DNA of 10,914 nt from a virus. Taxonomy: Duplodnaviria; Heunggongvirae; Uroviricota; Caudoviricetes. Each line of letters begins with the position of its first letter. Position 1 is the stretch's first letter. Both the position numbers and the translations under genes were made by a program. The notes under the pieces are model-generated. The model had not been told where the DNA came from. It made no database searches and worked only from the letters and a program-made list of their open reading frames with translations. The stretch covers positions 1-10,914 of IMG/VR virus record IMGVR_UViG_3300010283_000213; one strand, given 5' to 3'. Shown piece after piece: positions 7,582 to 10,914 of this stretch.

Positions 7582-9226
7582 GTACGCAGAAGGCGTAAAA
7601 AACGGCAAAATTACGGCCTGTAAACGACTGAAACAGGCCGTTAAACGGTATTTTTCTGACCTTGAAAACCCCCTTTACACGTTCGATCCGGAGGTCGTTG
7701 AGCGGTTTATTGCCTTTTCCAGGGTGTGTCCGCACGTAAAAGGCGCAATGCGTGGTAGCCCCATTGAGCTGGAGCCGTGGCAGCAGTTCGCCTTTGCGTG
7801 CATCCTGGGCTTTAAGGTTAAGGCCACCGGACGGCGCAAATACACCAGCGCATTCATTGAAGTACCGCGAAAAAATGCCAAATCCACGGTCGCCGCTATC
7901 CTGGCTAACTGGTTTCTGGTTATGGAAAACGGGCAGCAGGATATTTACACCGCCGCCGTGAGTCGTGATCAGGCGCGGATCGTGTTTGATGATGCGCGTC
8001 AGATGTGCCTTTTATCCCGACCGTTACGAAAGCGGGTAAATATTCAGGCACACAAGGTGATACACCCGAAAACCAACAGCCTGTTAAAGCCACTGGCAGC
8101 AAAAGCAGCAACCATTGAAGGTACAAACCCGAGTCTTGCCATTGTGGATGAATATCACCTGCACCCTGACAACGGGGTTTATTCCGCGCTTGAACTGGGA
8201 ATGGGGGCACGCCCAGAGGGGCTGTTATTTGCCATCACCACATCGGGGAGCAACGTTGTTTCAGCCTGTAAACAACACTACGACTATTGCTGCCAGATAC
8301 TGGATGGTGAAGAGGTGAACGAATCCATGTTCGTGCTGATTTATGAGCTGGATGATGAAAGCGAGGTTGACGATCCGGCGATGTGGATAAAGGCGAATCC
8401 CAATATCGATGTTTCCGTAGATCGTGAAAAACTGGCCTCAACCATCCAGAAAGCGCGGGGTATTCCGTCGCAGTGGGTGGAAATGCTCACCAAGCGATTC
8501 AATATCTGGTGTCAGGGGGCTACGCCGTGGATGGGTAACGGTGCATGGGCTGAGTGCGCCGGAACGTTCACGGAGGAAGATTTACACGGTCAGGAGTGTT
8601 ACGCGGGGCTTGATTTATCATCCACAAGCGACATCTCCAGCGTGTGCTATGCCTTTCCGGTTGGTAAAACCATTATGCTGGTTTCTCGTCACTATCTGCC
8701 GGAATTTCAGCTACAGAACCCCGCCAATAAAAACCGCGCCATCTATCGCCAGTGGGCAAAGGCGGGCTGGATACGCACAACACCGGGTGACTGCATTGAT
8801 TATGACCGTATCCGTGATGACATCATGCTGGATGCAGAGAATTTCAATATCAGGCTGGTGGGCTTTGATACGTGGAACGCCACGCACCTGAGAACGCAGT
8901 TACAGGGGGCAGGCTTTGAGGTGGAGCCGTTCCCTCAAACCTACCTTCGTTTCAGTCCGGCGGCGAAATCGTTCGAGGTTTTTGTTAACCGGAAGGTGAT
9001 TGTGCATCGTGGTGATCCTGTGCTGGCCTGGTCAATGAGTAATGTTGTGATGCAGAGTGACGCGAACGCCAATATCAAGCCGAACAAGAAAAAATCATCC
9101 AACAAGATAGACCCGAGCGTTGCGGCGCTGATGGCGTTTGGCACATTCCAGGCTGAGCATGAGGAATTTGCATTTGATATGAGCGACAGCCAGAAAGAGC
9201 GACTAGCGGCGTTTGATGGGGTATGA
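7565..9226 (+). CDS. terL: Terminase large subunit (ATPase + nuclease)
   Basis: 553 aa; Walker A-like PRKNAKST, Walker B-like LAIVDEYH, C-terminal acidic nuclease-type region; TTG start at 7565 overlapping terS end (an alternative downstream start is possible). Confidence 0.85.
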   Translation: MTAWHEYAEGVKNGKITACKRLKQAVKRYFSDLENPLYTFDPEVVERFIAFSRVCPHVKGAMRGSPIELEPWQQFAFACILGFKVKATGRRKYTSAFIEVPRKNAKSTVAAILANWFLVMENGQQDIYTAAVSRDQARIVFDDARQMCLLSRPLRKRVNIQAHKVIHPKTNSLLKPLAAKAATIEGTNPSLAIVDEYHLHPDNGVYSALELGMGARPEGLLFAITTSGSNVVSACKQHYDYCCQILDGEEVNESMFVLIYELDDESEVDDPAMWIKANPNIDVSVDREKLASTIQKARGIPSQWVEMLTKRFNIWCQGATPWMGNGAWAECAGTFTEEDLHGQECYAGLDLSSTSDISSVCYAFPVGKTIMLVSRHYLPEFQLQNPANKNRAIYRQWAKAGWIRTTPGDCIDYDRIRDDIMLDAENFNIRLVGFDTWNATHLRTQLQGAGFEVEPFPQTYLRFSPAAKSFEVFVNRKVIVHRGDPVLAWSMSNVVMQSDANANIKPNKKKSSNKIDPSVAALMAFGTFQAEHEEFAFDMSDSQKERLAAFDGV

Positions 9227-9513
9227 CGAGAATGACTGAAACTGATCTACTAAAAATAATTCGCCGCATTACCGGAATCAGTCAGCAGCCTGACGAACAG
9301 GCTACACAGCCGGACAGCGTGATAGCCGAAAATTACGCGCGTGTGGTGGCTGAGGTAATGCGCCGTGACGGTATTGAGCTTAACGGCGTGGATATGCGCA
9401 ACATACGAACCAGAGTTCTTGAGTTGCTGGCATACCGTCGCCGTTCTCAACAACGGAGGGAGAGCGCGAAAAATACTTACCAGTGGAGGAAGCCGGAGCA
9501 CTTACGGCGGTAA
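9223..9513 (+). CDS. Hypothetical small protein (96 aa), last gene of the packaging operon; possibly a head-completion/adaptor protein
   Basis: ATG overlaps the terL stop (ATGA); Arg-rich C-terminus; no family recognised. The adaptor role is inferred from position only. Confidence 0.5.
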   Translation: MTRMTETDLLKIIRRITGISQQPDEQATQPDSVIAENYARVVAEVMRRDGIELNGVDMRNIRTRVLELLAYRRRSQQRRESAKNTYQWRKPEHLRR

Positions 9514-9552
9514 CTGGTTGATATTACCGAAAGTGCAAAAATGCACTTAGCA

Positions 9553-9646
9553 ACTGGTGGCGAGTTGCAGATCTGCAACTCGACTATGAAACTACGGAAA
9601 CTACCCGTAGTTTGGGTAGTAAGAGCAACACCCAGATTTTGGGGCT
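9553..9646. repeat. 94-bp structured direct repeat, copy 1 (contains a 22-bp perfect palindrome and nested heptamer repeats)
   Basis: 90/94 identical to 9987-10080; palindrome CGAGTTGCAGATCTGCAACTCG at 9561-9582; then AAACTAC-GG-AAACTAC-CC-GTAGTTT-GG-GTAGT. Confidence 0.8.
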
Positions 9647-9708
9647 TACTTGCGATACCCAAATATAGGGTATCGGTGGCATCACTGGCCCCACTTTCCT
9701 GATGTGTT

Positions 9709-9862
9709 TGCGGGTTATTTGGGGGTGGTTGCGGGTTATTTTGAATGGCTTGCGGGTTACGATTTGGCTAACATTTGAACGTGTCATTTTTCAACGCATT
9801 GATATTAAATAATAAAAAATACTTAGCACGCGAAGATAACCCGCTAACCCGCATAACCCGCA
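9709..9862. repeat. Second iteron cluster (ori- or crr-like): 3 direct TGCGGGTTA(T/C) at exact 21-bp phasing (9709, 9730, 9751), a ~75-bp AT-rich spacer, then 3 inverted TAACCCGC copies (9836-9862)
   Basis: Same iteron sequence as cluster 1 at 2050-2174; followed by (TA)5 at 9882-9891; no ORF of convincing coding character spans it. Confidence 0.7.
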
Positions 9863-9986
9863 CTGTTTTGTATATATATACGAAAAATTGCATTCAGGAG
9901 GGGGAGCAAAATCCCTACCGTCTCTTATCTCTTGGAGTGCCCGCCTCTTCGAATTTTAACCCCCGTGAAATTACAAAATTTCCCTG

Positions 9987-10080
9987 ACTGATGGCGAGTT
10001 GCAGATCTGCAACTCGACCATGAAATTACGGAAACTACCCGTAGTTTGGGTAGTAAGAGTAACACCCAGATTTTGGGGCT
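9987..10080. repeat. 94-bp structured direct repeat, copy 2; ends exactly at the IS903 left terminus
   Basis: Mismatches to copy 1 at 4 positions; palindrome at 9995-10016; similarity to copy 1 stops at 10080, where the IS terminal inverted repeat begins. Confidence 0.8.
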
Positions 10081-10914
10081 GGCTTTGTTGAATAAATCGA
10101 ACTTTTGCTGAGTTGAAGGATCAGAGCACGTATCTTCCCGACAACGCAGACCGTTCCGTGGCAAAGCAAAAGTTCAAAATCACCAACTTGCCCACCTACA
10201 ATAAAGCCCTCATCAACCGTGGCTCCATAACTTTCTGGCTGGATGATGAAGCCATTCAGGCCTGGTATGAGTCGGCAACGCCTTCATCACGGGGAAGACC
10301 TCAGCGCTATTCTGATCTCGCCGTCACCACCGTTCTGGTCATTAAACGCGTGTTCAGGCTGACCCTGCGGGCTGCACAGGGTTTTATTGATTCCATTTTT
10401 ACACTGATAAATGTTCCGTTGCGCTGCCCGGATTACACCAGTGTCAGCAAGCGCGCAAAGTCGGTTAATGTCAGTTTCAAAACGTTCACCCGAGGTGAAA
10501 TCGCGCATCTGGTGATTGATTCCACCGGGCTGAAGGTCTTTGGTGAAGGCGAATGGAAAGTCAAAAAACACGGCAAAGAACGCCGTCGTATCTGGCGGAA
10601 GTTGCATCTGGCCGTTGACAGCAACACACATGAAATCATCTGTGCAGACCTGTCGCTGAACAACGTAACGGACTCAGAAGCCTTCCCGGGTCTTATCCGG
10701 CAGACTCACAGAAAAATCAGGGCAGCATCGGCAGATGGCGCTTACGACACCCGGCTCTGTCACGATGAACTGCGGCGTAAGAAAATCAGCGCCCTTATCC
10801 CACCCCGAAAAGGTGCGGGTTACTGGCCCGGTGAATATGCAGACCGTAACCGTGCAGTGGCTAATCAGCGAATGACCGGGAGTAATGCGCGGTGGAAATG
10901 GACAACAGATTACA
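10081..10914 (+). mobile_element. IS903-group (IS5 family) insertion sequence, left end and most of the transposase gene; continues beyond the window
   Basis: Starts with GGCTTTGTTGAATAAATCG, which I recognise as the IS903 terminal inverted repeat; the downstream ORF translates to a DDE transposase closely resembling IS903 transposase as I recall it. Confidence 0.85.
10158..10914 (+). CDS. IS903-group DDE transposase, 3'-partial (runs off the window)
   Basis: Hand translation from GTG 10158 is open to the window end (252 codons): VAKQKFKITN...LHLAVDSNTHEIICADLSLNNVTDSEAFPGLIRQ...ASADGAYDTRLCHDEL... Absent from the ORF track only because no stop is reached. Start could also be the TTG at 10113. 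Confidence 0.85.
   Translation, partial: MAKQKFKITNLPTYNKALINRGSITFWLDDEAIQAWYESATPSSRGRPQRYSDLAVTTVLVIKRVFRLTLRAAQGFIDSIFTLINVPLRCPDYTSVSKRAKSVNVSFKTFTRGEIAHLVIDSTGLKVFGEGEWKVKKHGKERRRIWRKLHLAVDSNTHEIICADLSLNNVTDSEAFPGLIRQTHRKIRAASADGAYDTRLCHDELRRKKISALIPPRKGAGYWPGEYADRNRAVANQRMTGSNARWKWTTDY

Noticed and set aside
7111-9269. Minus-strand and alternative-frame ORFs within terS/terL (7111..7608, 7487..7735, 7675..7887, 7752..7961, 7920..8210, 8115..8318, 8235..8441, 8424..8891, 8941..9144, 9075..9269)
   Set aside because: All embedded in the terminase genes, which carry recognisable ATPase motifs in the + frame.
9553-10080. CRISPR array or tRNA gene as an explanation for the 94-bp repeats
   Set aside because: Only two copies, far longer than CRISPR repeats, separated by 340 bp of iteron DNA; no cloverleaf can be drawn with appropriate stems.
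9365-10164. Short ORFs over the right-end non-coding region (9365..9550, 9477..9662, 9584..9787, 9775..9987, 9925..10164)
   Set aside because: They span iterons, the 94-bp repeats or the IS terminus; two of them give near-identical peptide stretches simply because they read through the two repeat copies.
10081-10914. IS5 (InsH) as the identity of the insertion sequence
   Set aside because: The terminal repeat GGCTTTGTTGAATAAATCG and the transposase sequence fit the IS903 group rather than IS5 proper, as far as I can recall both.

Overview
All convincing coding capacity is on the + strand. The window reads as about 10 kb of a phage-satellite-like element of the capsid-forming PICI (cf-PICI) / P4-like type from an enterobacterial host; none of this was confirmed by search, only by reading the sequence and the ORF translations. 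In order: (1) the 3' part of a primase/helicase (Pri-Rep-like) gene that is open at the window's left edge; (2) an iteron-type origin directly downstream; (3) an SSB gene and a small orphan gene; (4) a complete HK97-fold head and DNA-packaging module (major capsid with N-terminal scaffold domain, prohead protease, portal, gp6-like connector, HNH endonuclease, small and large terminase) plus one more small gene; (5) a non-coding region with a second iteron cluster bracketed by two copies of a 94-bp structured repeat; (6) the left end of an IS903-group insertion sequence that abuts the second repeat copy and runs off the window. No tail, lysis or integrase genes are present in the window. The most unusual features are the duplicated iteron cluster and the palindrome-rich 94-bp repeats at the right end; I cannot assign them a function from sequence alone.
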